Shown here piece after piece: positions 41,711 to 53,130 of a stretch of DNA of 64,000 nt. The notes under the pieces are model-generated. The model was not told the origin of the DNA and searched no databases. It saw nothing but the letters and a program-made list of their open reading frames with translations. Position numbers and translations under genes: made by a program. Positions within the stretch are counted from its first letter, which is position 1, and every line of letters begins with the position of its first letter. Origin of the DNA: Felis catus (Eukaryota); contig NC_058368.1 of assembly GCF_018350175.1 (NCBI RefSeq), positions 160,892,001 to 160,956,000 of the forward strand. The letters run 5' to 3'.

Positions 41711-42041
41711 TCTTCTTTTTCTTTGTATTCTGGGGATTAACTAGACCTTCCTTTTGGAAATCATAAACTTAACCATTGTCATAGAACATTCTGGATACTT
41801 ATACTGTGTAATTTTTCTGTTTATGGTTATGGAAATAGCCAAATAAATTCATTGCTTAGAATCCTGTACAATCTACCCAGATACCCAAATTCTGAATGGA
41901 ATATCAAAGGAAGTAATCTGCTCTAGGTAAATGGAATATTATTCCTAAATGTACTGAAAAAAAGCAAATTTGCTTTCAGAAAAAGACTGACTATGCTTGC
42001 CATTTCTTTTTTTTTCTTCTGAGCCTAAATATATTTTTCAG

Positions 42042-42106
42042 TGTGTATACAGCAAACACTAAGATGTCATGTGAAATGACCAAAGCCAATTTTGTCTGCC
42101 TTCCTA
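42042..42106 (+). pseudogene. PTP D1 exon NVYTANTKMSCEMTKANFVCLP (KNRY region eroded)
   Basis: Acceptor atatttttcag, phase 2; FN-NVYTANTKMSCE aligns ungapped with PTPRA [14 protein letters not shown]; donor not intact. Confidence 0.6.
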
Positions 42107-42160
42107 TACTTTAGATTTTTTTCTCTGATTTAAAGCATTTAATAACATCTAATACATAAG

Positions 42161-42218
42161 ATAGCCATTAGAGAGGACATCTTTTGATTGAATATAAGAA
42201 TGGTGATTCTATTTGTTG
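42161..42218 (+). pseudogene. PTP D1 motif 2-3 exon (DxxRVxL / DYINA)
   Basis: SH*RGHLLIEYKNGDSIC vs DHSRVHL...DYINGNYID; donor gtatga at the conserved intron position. Confidence 0.65.
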
Positions 42219-43688
42219 GTATGACCACTTTAAACCATAAAAATGTATGAAAGCGCCACATGAAGCCCATTTCCTATAGACACTGAGTACAGATCATCAG
42301 AACTGATAACTGGACCAAAAATCAGTTCATGAGCAAAATACTTTATTTTCATATGCTGATTTCCCTGACAACTGAACTGGTATACATAATGATTTATCTG
42401 TTTCTCTTACCCAGATGTCTATAAACATCAAATCATCTTTAAATTGGATTTAGATTTATCTTGAGATTAGTATACTGCACCTAAATAAATAGTATTCACC
42501 CTTTCAATACATGTATATAACTAAAGTTTTCTTTTAAATGACCAAGTAAAGGAAGAGTGAACCTCAAAATCAGATAGCATTGTGAAAAGCACATTATTTC
42601 AAGCAAGTCTTTCAATTCACAGCATACAGGATAGTTAATGAATCCAACTGATTTCTATTTTCTTCCCATAAAATTACTATTTTGTTTTACTACCCACTGA
42701 GACTGAAAACAAGTTGAACAGAACATATTTAAAGCAACTGCCTGTTCTACTATGAATATATAAAATGCACTGCTGAAAATTAACATTTGAATCAAAATAT
42801 AATGTTGATTTAATTTTTTACTGGTATGCCAACAATAATAAGACACCTTTCCCTCAGGAATATAGCTTGGTAAGCACACAGGTGCAATGTTTCATTTTGT
42901 ACAAATTTTGCAAATTATGTTTTCTAAAAATAATCAGAGGACAGTATTAATTCATCCTTGGTTTTATAAAAATAAATGCTAAGATATGATAAATAAGACT
43001 TGATTTTAGCTGCTATAAAAATGCCATCATAAAGTTTACTTCTTAAATGTATGAACCAAAAGTTTTCAAGGGTGGTCAGGAATCTGTGCTATTTTTTTTT
43101 AAGAGAGAACCCATTTGCCCACAGTGAACACAAATATGCTATAAGCTGCAAACATTACAATTTTAGGATGAAAAAATAGTTTGAAATAGGTCTATAATGA
43201 TCTCTTTCTCTCTGGAAGGTGTATTTCCTCAGTCACTTAGTCTGAACACTTTTTTGTACACAAGTACAGAAGAACTCTTCTATTTTAATACCAATCTTGC
43301 AACAATTTGAGAGGTAACGTAATTTGAAATTTTATAGACAACAAAATAATTTACAGTTGCCATATTTTAGATTTAAAATTATTTAAATTTACCAGAATGT
43401 AAACCATATATAAACTCTATAAATATCAAAGGTATTTATATCTGCTTATTATTCTCTAAATATTAGTTAACTCTAAGTCAATTGCTATTTTACTTGATAG
43501 TACTACATAAATTTTTGGGGGATTCCTGGACTTTTATTATGAGGTTTTACTAATCTTTTTCTGGTACGCTACATCATTGTATAATAATATGGTCACTTGA
43601 GTGTGTTTGAGCAATTTATTACAAACTGTATCACTGTTGCTTCTCTGTCTAGATTTTTCAAAGTGTGATATTAAATAACAGAATCCTT

Positions 43689-43912
43689 GGGCCACCTGGA
43701 TGGCTCATTAGTTAAGAGTCAGACTCTTGGTTTTGGCTGTTTGGTTACTACTTTCATGATCTCGTGGTTTCATGGGTTCGAGCACCATGTTGGACTCTGT
43801 GCTGGCAGCACGGAGTCTGCTTGGGATTCTCTCTCTCCCTCTGCCCCTCCTCCACCTGTGCGCGTGCTCTCTCTCTCAAAATAAATAAATTAACTTCAAA
43901 TAAATAAATAAT
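43689..43912 (+). mobile_element. Can-SINE
   Basis: Full body; TSD-like aataa.agaatcctt. Confidence 0.9.
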
Positions 43913-44427
43913 AGAATCCTTTCCAGTTAATTTGTATTGCCACTTAATTTTTAATTTATCTGTAGATTTAGAATTAGAACAATTAAGAATTGTTATTTTC
44001 TGAATCTGCATAGGTTTTACATACTCCAATCTCATGATCCACTCTCTCTTGTGAGCACAGTTATATCATGAACTGGTTTGCTCCTTTTTTTCAAGAATTA
44101 TTTGTTGCCTCAGAAGTTTTCCTCAAACACAGAAACATGATACTGTATTTTCCGTGTATGCTCTTAAATGGGTTTTGTTAATGCAACAAAATGGGATTTA
44201 ATAGCTTAATTATTTTCTTCCCTCAATCATGCACGCTACACAAGTATATCATAATTCAAACTCAAAATACATAGTTTAATACATCCTGTTTTCACTTGGG
44301 ATGGCAATGAGGTTCTAAATAAGAGCATTATCTTCTAACCTTTTACATAACACATAGCTACTGACACTACTCATTACAGTCTCTTCTCGGAGCAAATAAT
44401 GCATGTTTCTCCCATGTTTGTATTCAG

Positions 44428-44545
44428 GGATACAATTCCAGATTTTACTTTGATTGTTAAATTTACTAAGATGATTTCTGGGATTTAGACCATTTTGCCG
44501 TTTTATTTGTATTACAATGGCTAAGATGGAAATGTTTATATGTGT
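44428..44545 (+). pseudogene. PTP D1 exon GY...DFW
   Basis: Acceptor tttctcccatgtttgtattcag then GYNSRFYFDC*IY*DDFWDL in one frame (DFW 44473-44481); QGP deleted; 3' end approximate. Confidence 0.6.
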
Positions 44546-44648
44546 AATATATATCCAAATCCTGCACAAATAACTGCGTATAGAATTTAATATTTGTATA
44601 ATAGAGATTTCACTGGTGTCTTCAGCTGTGTCTTCTTTGTAAATTCAG

Positions 44649-44825
44649 TTATATCATGCTACAAAAAGCTCAGATGAGAATATTAGACAAAGATAAAACT
44701 ATTACCCTCCCATTTTGATACGAGCACTTATATATTGGGAGATGCACTAAGCTACTGGTAAACAACAGTTACCCAGTAAACTATTAGCTGGAATACACAC
44801 TGGGGACTGCGTGCTCTTTGATAAT
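44649..44825 (+). pseudogene. PTP D1 exon, KCxxYWP to YxxR region
   Basis: NYYP (YYP at 44700-44708), LIYWEM (cf. LYYGDL), EYTLGT (44791-44808, cf. EYVIRT/DYTVRK); donor gtaatg. Confidence 0.55.
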
Positions 44826-44912
44826 GTAATGAAATATGATTTAGTACATATTTAGTACTGAATACTGAATTTGATTTAGTACAGCAATTGGCATTAAGAT
44901 GTACTTCTTCAG

Positions 44913-45120
44913 GCTCCTCTGGATTAGTTCTCCAGTCAATGTTAGAGTTTTAAGAACAAAGTATTTCACCATAAGGGAGCCTCCAGGTGTGCTCCTATGT
45001 TCTCTATGTAAACTCAAAAGTGCAAGGTGTGCTACCAGGTGATTTCCTAATGGAATAGGATGTTGCTAAGAGAAAGATCTTTTTCCTGTAATTTCAGATC
45101 GTGGAGCCCACTGGAATAGA
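44913..45120 (+). pseudogene. PTP D1 WPD-loop exon candidate
   Basis: Acceptor tacttcttcag; RVLRTKYFTIREPPGVL has the spacing of RLIRHFHYTVWPDHGVP; WPD and HCS not preserved. Confidence 0.35.
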
Positions 45121-45288
45121 GTAACAATAGGCCCTGATAAGAACAGATAAGAGTAAAGCATTTAACAGAGATGAATGGTTTCTCCAAGAAGAGGTGGCAG
45201 TCCTACACAGCTCTGTCCCTGGCTACTCTGGCTATGGTTGGTGAAAGAAACCAGACATTTAACCTCTCCATTTAAAACAGATAAAGGA

Positions 45289-45835
45289 TTTGTTTATAGC
45301 AGTGTTATCAACAATAACCAACCATGGTGAAAGCCCAAAAGTCCATCTTCTGATGAATGGCTAAAGCAGATATGATAAACACATGCCTCCCCCCCCTACT
45401 ACACAATGGAATACTACCCAGCCATCAAAAAGAATGAAATCTTGCCATTTGCAATGATATGGATGGAGCTAGAATGTATTATGCTAAGTGAAATAAGTCA
45501 ATCAGAGAAAGACAAATACCATATGATTTCACTCATGTGGAATTTAAGAAACAAAACAGACTAACATATGGGAAGGGGGAAAGAGAGAAGTGAGGGAAAC
45601 CACAAGAGACTTCTAACGATAAAGAACAACTATAGGTTGATAGAGGGAGGTGAGTGGGAGATGGGCTAGATGGGCGATGGGTATTAAGGAAGGTTTTTGT
45701 TGTGATGAGCACTGGGTATTGTATGAAATTTATGAATCACTGAATTCTACTCCTGAAACTAATATTTCCCTACATGTTAACTGACTAGAATTTAAATTAA
45801 AAAAAGGGAAAAATTAAAAAATAAATAAATAAAAC
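45289..45835 (+). mobile_element. LINE-1 3' end
   Basis: 3' UTR, A-rich tail, TSD-like taaaacagat. Confidence 0.92.
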
Positions 45836-46129
45836 AGATGAAAGATTTGGACAGGCAGAGAATGTCAACATTTGAACTATGGAAATATTTTTCTTTATGG
45901 CTACTTCTGCAAACTTTCTATTTATTTCCTAAGATTGTAAAAATAAAGGAAATGTAATAAGTCCAGTTTACTTGGCATCAAAAAGAATATTTTTTTAAGT
46001 AGGTTAAAAATTTCAGAAAATCTTTGAAATTCAATTTGTACACAAGTGACAAACTTTGATAATAAATTTATAAAAGCTAGTGAAAAAAATTAAATGAATT
46101 TGAACTCCTTATTCTCCCAATGATGTTTT

Positions 46130-46330
46130 AGAACCAAAGCATAAGAGACTCTTAAAAACTGAGAACAAACTGACGGTTGATGGGGGGTGGGAGGGAGGAG
46201 AGGGTGGGTGATGGGTATTGAGGAGGGCACCTTTTGGGATGAGCACTGGGTGTTGTATGGAAACCAATTTGACAATAAACTTCATATATTGAAAATAAAA
46301 TAAAATAAATAAGTAAATAAATAAATAAAT
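46130..46330 (+). mobile_element. LINE-1 3' end (same 3' UTR type as the 2613-7480 copy)
   Basis: High similarity to 7320-7475; (AAAT)n tail. Confidence 0.93.
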
Positions 46331-47024
46331 AAAATATTTAAAAAAATATGTGGCAAAAGGGAGAATAATAAACTCAATTAATAAACTAACATCACCTTGA
46401 TAAGAGTAGGTTGGCTCCAATTCATGCTTTTAAAGAAATAATTAATACATGCTCCCTATGGGAGTATAGGATCTATTAAGATCACCTCCTGTTAAGTCTG
46501 AAAACCCTGAATTTTGGAGAAGTTATGTGACTTCCTCAAGGTTCGTAAGCAGCAAAACTACTAAGTAGAAAAGTTGAAACTCCCACCCACACTATATGTT
46601 CTAAATAACAACACAGTATTTTAGTGGTTCTCTTTATCTTCATTACAACTTTTACTATACAATTTCATATATTTTTTACTAAACCCTATGCAACTTATTT
46701 AGATCTATTTTAGATATGAGGAAACTACCATATTAACTTATTTCACAGCTGTTACAGAGCTACCAAGTAGTGGAGTAATTCAGGCATCAAGGCCAGTATC
46801 CTTCCTTTATTTCATTAGTTTTTATATCTATCACCCTCTCAATTTTATTTTCCTTAGCTCTAGACAAAACTCTGAGGTATACACGCATAGACACACAGAC
46901 ACATACCACATCACACATTACTGTTTGGCATATTTTACATATCATAATTACTATGATAAGTTTTTTTAGTGTTTTTAAGAATATTTGATATTTGTATTAT
47001 TAGATTAAAATACTTCATTCTTAA

Positions 47025-47160
47025 ATTTTTTTAATGTTTGTTTATTTTTGAGAGAGGACAGTGATGAAGCATGAGTGGGGGAGGAGCAAAGAGAGAGGGA
47101 GACACAGAATCCGAAGCAGGCTCCAGGCTCCAAGATGTCAGCACAGAGCCTCATGCAGGC
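47025..47160 (-). mobile_element. Partial Can-SINE
   Basis: 3' half of SINEC, reverse strand. Confidence 0.85.
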
Positions 47161-47736
47161 TGGAGTGTCTCAGTCTGGACTTTCGTGCACAGTACAGAGC
47201 TAGTCCTTCTCTGACACTCTTCTCACTGCTTCCCAGGATGCCTCCATAGAGATACATCTTGACCCACCTGTTCTAAAGAGATTCCTACTTTCATTCTCCA
47301 CTGCACTGCCCTATTTTCTTTTATGCATTGTCCCTGTTACCTTCTGAAATGTTTCTGTTCAATCACTTGTTTGTTGTCTTTTATTGCCTACTAGAATGTC
47401 AGACCACTGAGAATTAGAAATGTCACTCTGTGCAGTCACTGGAATAATGCCAGAAACATAGCAGATTCTTAATAAATATTTGTGACATCCAAGAATCTTA
47501 ATTGGCTTTCTTATTCCACATCTCTTTAATCTTTACTTCTCCCTTCACCTCCCTAGTTTGTTTTCCAGAGCTCCAATTTCTTTTCTTGCTGTAATGAAGA
47601 TGAACTTCTCTCCAGTACTGTTGGGTCTCATTTTCTATGTTAAGCAATAACCAAGTCATTCATCTAAACAAGCATAGTATTCATCCTAAAAAGACCTAAA
47701 ATCTATGTATATCATTTCATAGTTGTATATTTGCAG

Positions 47737-47857
47737 ATAGTCTATATACATACAAATATTTTTGTGTGCATATAAACCCATATTAACTTTTTTTTTCCAA
47801 ACAGAAGCAATCTATGAGCTCCATCAAGGAGCATTTGAAATGGAATATGCCTGCATA
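47737..47857 (+). pseudogene. PTP D1 post-catalytic exon
   Basis: AIYELHQGAFEM (47807-47842) matches the spacing of IVYDLRMHRPLM/AVHDLRLHRVHM; donor gtaaat. Confidence 0.5.
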
Positions 47858-47887
47858 GTAAATTGTCTATTTATGCTACAACTTTTA

Positions 47888-48096
47888 AATTTTTTTTTAA
47901 TGTTTATTCATTTTAGAGAGACAGAACAGAGCGTGAGCTGGGGAGGGGAAGAGAGAGAGGGAGGCAGAATCCAAAGCAGGCTCCAGGCTCTGAGTTGTCA
48001 GCACAGAGCCCAACGCGAGGCTTGAACTCACTGACCATGAGATCATGACCTCAGCCGAAGTCGGATTCTTAACTGACTGAGCCACCCAGGCGCCCC
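47888..48096 (-). mobile_element. Can-SINE
   Basis: Full reverse body; TSD-like tacaac.tttt. Confidence 0.93.
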
Positions 48097-48258
48097 TACA
48101 ACATTTTTTTAAATAAATGGGGAGAAAATGATTTAAGGACAAAGAATCTAACATTGAGCAGGTATGACAAAGACAGATTCATTAATTACTCCAAAATACT
48201 GGTTAATATGAGATCTACAAAAGACACTTACTGAGGAAAACTTTCCAGCAAGTTCCAG

Positions 48259-48449
48259 GAGCCATTATGTATTTCTGTTACCAAGCTATTTTGCCAATGG
48301 TGTGGCCTTTGTAGAGCAATGCCTAAAGAGGAAGAACTTCAGGTGCTGCTGTATCTCTGAACTATCACTGATGAAGAAATAATTCAAAAGGATAATTCAG
48401 CTGGCAGGGATATTTTTGAGAAGATTAAAAATCCAAGAGTTACAAAGAA
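48259..48449 (+). pseudogene. PTP D1 Q-loop (EQY) exon plus D1-D2 linker
   Basis: ttccag|GAG CCAT TAT GTA TTTC TGT TAC CAA GCT ATT TTG restores E-x-YVFCYQAIL after removing two 1-nt insertions; starts at the conserved phase-0 intron site. Confidence 0.7.
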
Positions 48450-48648
48450 GTAAATAATGAAAGCAAAATCATATAAATGTCATCTAAGATCAGTAATTAT
48501 TCAACAGCTAAGAGGATAAACTTGGACTTTCTGTTAAAGCAGTGTCATTCTACCATGGACAAATAAAAATGGCTTACTTATGCTAGAAGATGAAAAAAAT
48601 TATGTTACAAAACACAGAAAGAACAAATACATAATTTCAGTTGCTGAC

Positions 48649-48872
48649 TTTTTTTTGAGAGGGTGGGAGTGAGGGGCAGAGAGAGGGAGAGAGAGAGGGA
48701 GTGTGAGGGAGAGACAGAGAGAGAAGCGGGGCTCACCTGAAGCAGGGCTCATGTTTTTACCCGAAGAGGGGCTCGTGCGCAACCAATGTGGAACTGAACT
48801 CACAAACTCACAAACTATGAGATCATGACCTGAGCTGAAGTCAGATGCTTAGAATGAGCCCTCCAGGAGACC
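48649..48872 (-). mobile_element. Can-SINE
   Basis: Reverse body; TSD tcagttgctga. Confidence 0.88.
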
Positions 48873-49179
48873 TCAGTTGCTGATTTTAGGCTGAGAGTGC
48901 TATGGAAGTAATCTTGGAGCCAACTCGACTACTTTCCCTGAGTATGTTCCTAACTAGAAATTTGGGGAAAATCTAACAACTCACACTGACTGCTGTTATT
49001 AAAGCTATAAAAGATTGATATGGCCAAAGAAATCTCCAATTCGGAACTAAAATGTTAGATTGGAAGACTGTGTTTGCGATACTTGTGCCACTGCAAAAGC
49101 GTGACATAGGAATAGACAGTTCTAGTGAATGTGATTAGCAGACTAGTTAGATGATAAGCATTATTTTTTTTCTCATTAG

Positions 49180-49700
49180 TGATTTCTAATAAAGGGATAA
49201 CATTTCTGTGATTGATAAATCTGAGTATTTCGAAGGAAACCAGGTATGGTGAAAAATAATGCAGATGAATTCTAATTTACATTTCGGTCCTAAGAGAACA
49301 GTGGCTGCACTGTTTATTTGAGTGTTGACAATTTTCTCTCTTAGAAGCCCGAGGAGACAGTGAGAGGAGCCACGTACTGTTCTAACATGTAGGAATTGAT
49401 TGGTTGGTGATGAGAAAGTGTCAGAAAAGTTTAAAATGCACTTGTAATTTTACTAGGGAATGATTATTATATTTAGACCTATGCCTTAACCTTTGAGGAG
49501 ATATTCCAGTAATTCCTCAGAGTAAAGATGATGACAGAAGAGTTGGGCAGTTTTTCACTTAGAACAAACGGCTAATCATCTTTTAATAGAGTTATACAGC
49601 AAATACAGCAAAGGACATGAAGTGTAACATTTTAAGTGGGTATTTTGGCTAACATTTCTGCACCACCTAGAGCAAGAAACAGAACTTCCCATTACATCAG
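49180..49700 (+). pseudogene. PTP D2 core (apparently one long exon)
   Basis: Acceptor ttttttttctcattag; DF/NKGI (cf. DFNRVI), SEYFEGN 49220, GPKRTV 49286, TIFSL, YCS 49375 (cf. YWP), VGDEKV 49403, DYYI*TYAL 49462, RRVGQF 49536, PIT 49688. Confidence 0.65.
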
Positions 49701-50069
49701 AGTTTGTGTGTGTGCATGTGATCCATTTAAGTCAATGTCTCTTTCCCAAATAGGAAAAGTGTACGACTTCAATTGTAGTCAAAGATGTCTGTTTTTGAAC
49801 TCCATATGAATGGAGTCACACAGTATACACCCTAATGCCAGACTTCTGGTCATAATATCAGTGAGATTTATCTATTTTTAAGTGTTACTAATTTCATTTT
49901 TTATCAATGAGTATGGACACTCTATTAGCATACCACAACTATTTATCCATTGTATTGCTGATGGACATTAAAAGCATTTTGAGTTTTTGGTTATCTTAAA
50001 AGCTTCTATGAGTATTCTTGTAAATGTAGTTGGATGAACACGAAAGAGCATTTACAAAATATGGACGGA

Positions 50070-50371
50070 GAGGCCGAGGGCACAGTCGCTAGATTTGGAG
50101 CCAGCTGCTTAACTGTGAATCCTAGTTCTTCTATTTTCTTTGTCACCCCAGGCAAGTTATCCAAATTGTCTTTGCCTCAGTTTTTCTTTTTGCAAAACTA
50201 GAATTTAAATAGCACTTAATTCATAGAATAACTGTGAAGGAAAATGAGTTGATATATACCAACAACACAGAACAATGCCTGGGACGAGTACAATTTTTCA
50301 AGGTTGATTTATTTATTTTGTGAGAGAAAGAGAGGGGGAGAGAGGGAGAGGGAGAGGGCGAGGGAGAGGGA

Positions 50372-50411
<40 letters not shown>

Positions 50412-50524
50412 CTTAAGCAGGCTCCATGTTGTTGGCACAGAGCCCAATGTGGGGCTCGAGCTCACAAACTGTGAGAACATGACCTGAGCTGAACCCTTAA
50501 CTGACTGAGCCACCCAGGTGCCCC
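50070..50524. mobile_element. MIR (~50070-50290) followed by Can-SINE (50305-50524, -)
   Basis: MIR core ggcaagtta...tgcctcagtttt; SINE with expanded GA tract. Confidence 0.85.
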
Positions 50525-50833
50525 AGGACACAAGTATTTTAAAGAAATTCAGGACAATAATCTCAGGAGAGCAAATAGCAAAATGAATGGATGTTAGTAT
50601 AAAATTCAAATGACAATAGGATTTTTTTAACTTTGTGAAAATAAATCAGTGAGTTAATTAATTATTTCTACTTTCTCCATTAGGTAAGTGTAATCAAAGT
50701 AAAGATGTAAATAGCCTTTGATTATTAAAAATAAAATCAGGACAGATGTTCAACTGGTATATCCCCCTGTGTCCATACCTGTTGTTAAACAACAGCTTCT
50801 GTTCCAACTAGTCAACTATTTTATTAGTTTTAG

Positions 50834-51002
50834 GTGAAGAGATACTAAGAGAGCAGTTGGCCACGTTAAGTGACTTCCCATTTCTAAGTTCAGACAAATT
50901 GCTTGTGGGATGTTGGACACATTTCAAATGCAAATATTTAGCAACTGTACATTCTTAGTAACATAAAATAGAAAAAGAGCCAGATGACAATGTGCAAAGA
51001 GA
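50834..51002 (+). pseudogene. PTP D2 post-catalytic exon
   Basis: Acceptor ttattagttttag; ACGMLDTFQM (50901-50930) vs PTPRA D2 AEGILDVFQT; ends VQR then GA|gtaaat (cf. VQT). Confidence 0.6.
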
Positions 51003-51441
51003 GTAAATTGGATTCTGAAAAGTACTGATTTGTGGCATACTTACTGAATGACAATTAGAGTCCAGAAACTGTGAAAGGCAGTGGGTATTAAATGATACAT
51101 CAGACATGATTATTGTGTTTAAGAAATTTATATGTTATTCTGTGAAACAGCCAATTAACAGGTAAAAATGTCAATTAGCGATAAAATTTATTAGCTAAGA
51201 TTACTAAGTAGAAATCTGCTGGGGGGAAAAAGAGTCAATATTAGAGATCTTCAGGAACAGTAAGTCACCCCAAAATAAACAAACTTTTGTATGTAGGTTA
51301 TGTGATCTCTAGATTGTGAAATGTACTTACATTGTTTTTATAAGACATATGTGTATCATTCAATTCTTCCATGTTAGAATCAAAATTATAATAAGCTTTT
51401 ATTATGATATATGTAATTTGATTTGAAATATTTCAATACAG

Positions 51442-51677
51442 GCAGTATCATATTTGTCTTCAATTAGTTTAAGTATACACCAGGGATAGTCGGTGGCCTT
51501 TTAAAGGAATTCCTACTTTAAGAATGATCTCCTAGCATTTATTTACACTCTAAACATATTATGCTACAGAATGTTCAGCTTTCATATTTCATTCTATCAC
51601 TACAATGTTTGTTAATTGAAATAATGAATGTTAGAAAGGAGTTTTAATTTAAAAAACTATGATATCATAGCAATAAA
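51442..51677 (+). pseudogene. PTP D2 last exon and 3' UTR with poly(A) signal
   Basis: Acceptor tttcaatacag; QYHICLQLV*VY..FK vs PTPRA C-terminus QYEFCYKVVQEY..FK; AATAAA at 51672-51677. Confidence 0.65.
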
Positions 51678-51956
51678 GATAGGTTAAAATATTTATTGTG
51701 GATATCTACCTTTGTATGAACATGGCATAAAAATCTAAAGGGACCTTCACATATTACCAATGATCCCCAAATAGCTTGTGTCACAGCACTGGTTTGGAAG
51801 ATTGTTTTTCACCTTATTCTGATGGATGTTTGAGTGTGGCCACTGGAAATTCTCACAAAGCTTTCACTAAAGGTTCCTTTAAAACAAAAAAATATATATA
51901 TGACAGAGGGCTGAGGATATAACAGATTTATAAAACAGGTTTTAAAAACTGTGCCT

Positions 51957-52160
51957 GGGGACGCCTGGGTGGCTCAGTTGGTTATGCATCCAACTCTTGA
52001 TTTCAGCTCAGGTCATGATCTCATGGTTTGTGAGTTCATGTCCTGCATTGGCCTCTGCACTGCCCGTGCAGAGCCTGCTTGGGATTCTCTCTCTGCCCTC
52101 TCTCTCTCCTCTACCCCGCTTGCTCTCTCTCTCAAAAATAAATAAATAAACTTAAAAAAA
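51957..52160 (+). mobile_element. Can-SINE
   Basis: Full body; TSD-like ttttaaaa(a)ctgtg.ctgg. Confidence 0.93.
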
Positions 52161-52699
52161 AGTGTTTTAAAACTGTGTCTGGCTTTTAATAAATGTCTGT
52201 GGGCAAGGCAGAATTAGGTCTGAGACTTTACTTCAGTATAAGCCAGACACAACACTGTAGGGATAATTTATCTTTGTCTAATTGTATTCACCTCTACAAA
52301 CCAAGAAAACAACCAAACACACGCACATGCCACCAGACAAAATGACATTATTCTTTTCTAGTTATGTATTCTATTAGACTTCTCTGCTCTATACCCACAA
52401 AGGACTAACAACAGACATATAACATTATTTCAATACATGCTTTTGGACAATAGAATGACAGAGGCATTAAAGGAAGTAATGATAAACCCATTAAATTTTG
52501 GTAATTATGGATTTAGAAATAATGAAGTTAAGTATAATCCTAAAAAGTATGTCTACGAGCATTGCCTAAGAAAAGGTGCCAAAACAAAGTATCAAGCGAT
52601 TCTGTATAATTTTAGAATGTTTTCCTATATCCAGAATCTCGTACTCCTTTTTCCTTGTTTCTTCTTGTTTTTCATTTCTTTTGGTAACCACATTAGACA

Positions 52700-53130
52700 T
52701 CTACCCTTGTACCAATTTTAAGTGTGTAACACCTTATCATTCACCATAGGTACAATGTTGCACAATAGATTCGTTTTATCCATCTCGCTTAACTGAAACT
52801 TATGGCCATCAATTAGTAATTTCCCATTTCCCCCTCCCAGCAACAACCATTCTACAATTTGATTCTACAAATTCAACTATTTTAGATACTTCATACAAAT
52901 GGAAACAGGCAGTTATTTGCCTTTCTGTGACTGGATTATTTCATCTAGCATAATGTCCTCAAGTTTCATCCTTATTGCAAATCACCTATTTTTCCTTCCT
53001 TTTCAATTCTAAATAGTATTGCGTGCATGCCCCCCCCCCCCCACACACACACATTTTGTTTATTCATCTACTGGTGTATATTTAGGTTATTTCTACATTT
53101 TGGCCATTAAAAACAGTGCTGCAATAGACA
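52700..53130 (-). mobile_element. L1MA-type 3' end
   Basis: Reverse L1 3' UTR similarity. Confidence 0.8.

Larger units (their letters stand above)
7584..51677 (+). pseudogene. Unprocessed pseudogene of a receptor-type protein tyrosine phosphatase (Ig-like ectodomain, TM, tandem PTP domains); 5' end not defined
   Basis: About 20 splice-bounded segments give RPTP motifs in colinear order: TM VAWLILSLFAILLFLSL; wedge Y..TPIFEF...M......LKLRFN; SCE; H*RGHL..EYKNGDSI; GYNS..DDFW; NYYP..LIYWEM..EYTLGT; AIYELH....M; E/YVF/CYQAIL; D2 DF/NKGI..SEYF..GP..YCS..GDEKV..DYYI*TYAL..RRVGQF; ACGMLDTFQ; QYHICLQLV*VY. Many stops and frameshifts. Compared by eye with PTPRA/E/M/B motifs. Confidence 0.78.

Noticed and set aside
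48530..49090. Candidates for the D2 KNR exon (HRKNKY near 48613; DMAKEISN near 49017)
   Set aside because: Two competing weak matches without clear splice sites; cannot choose
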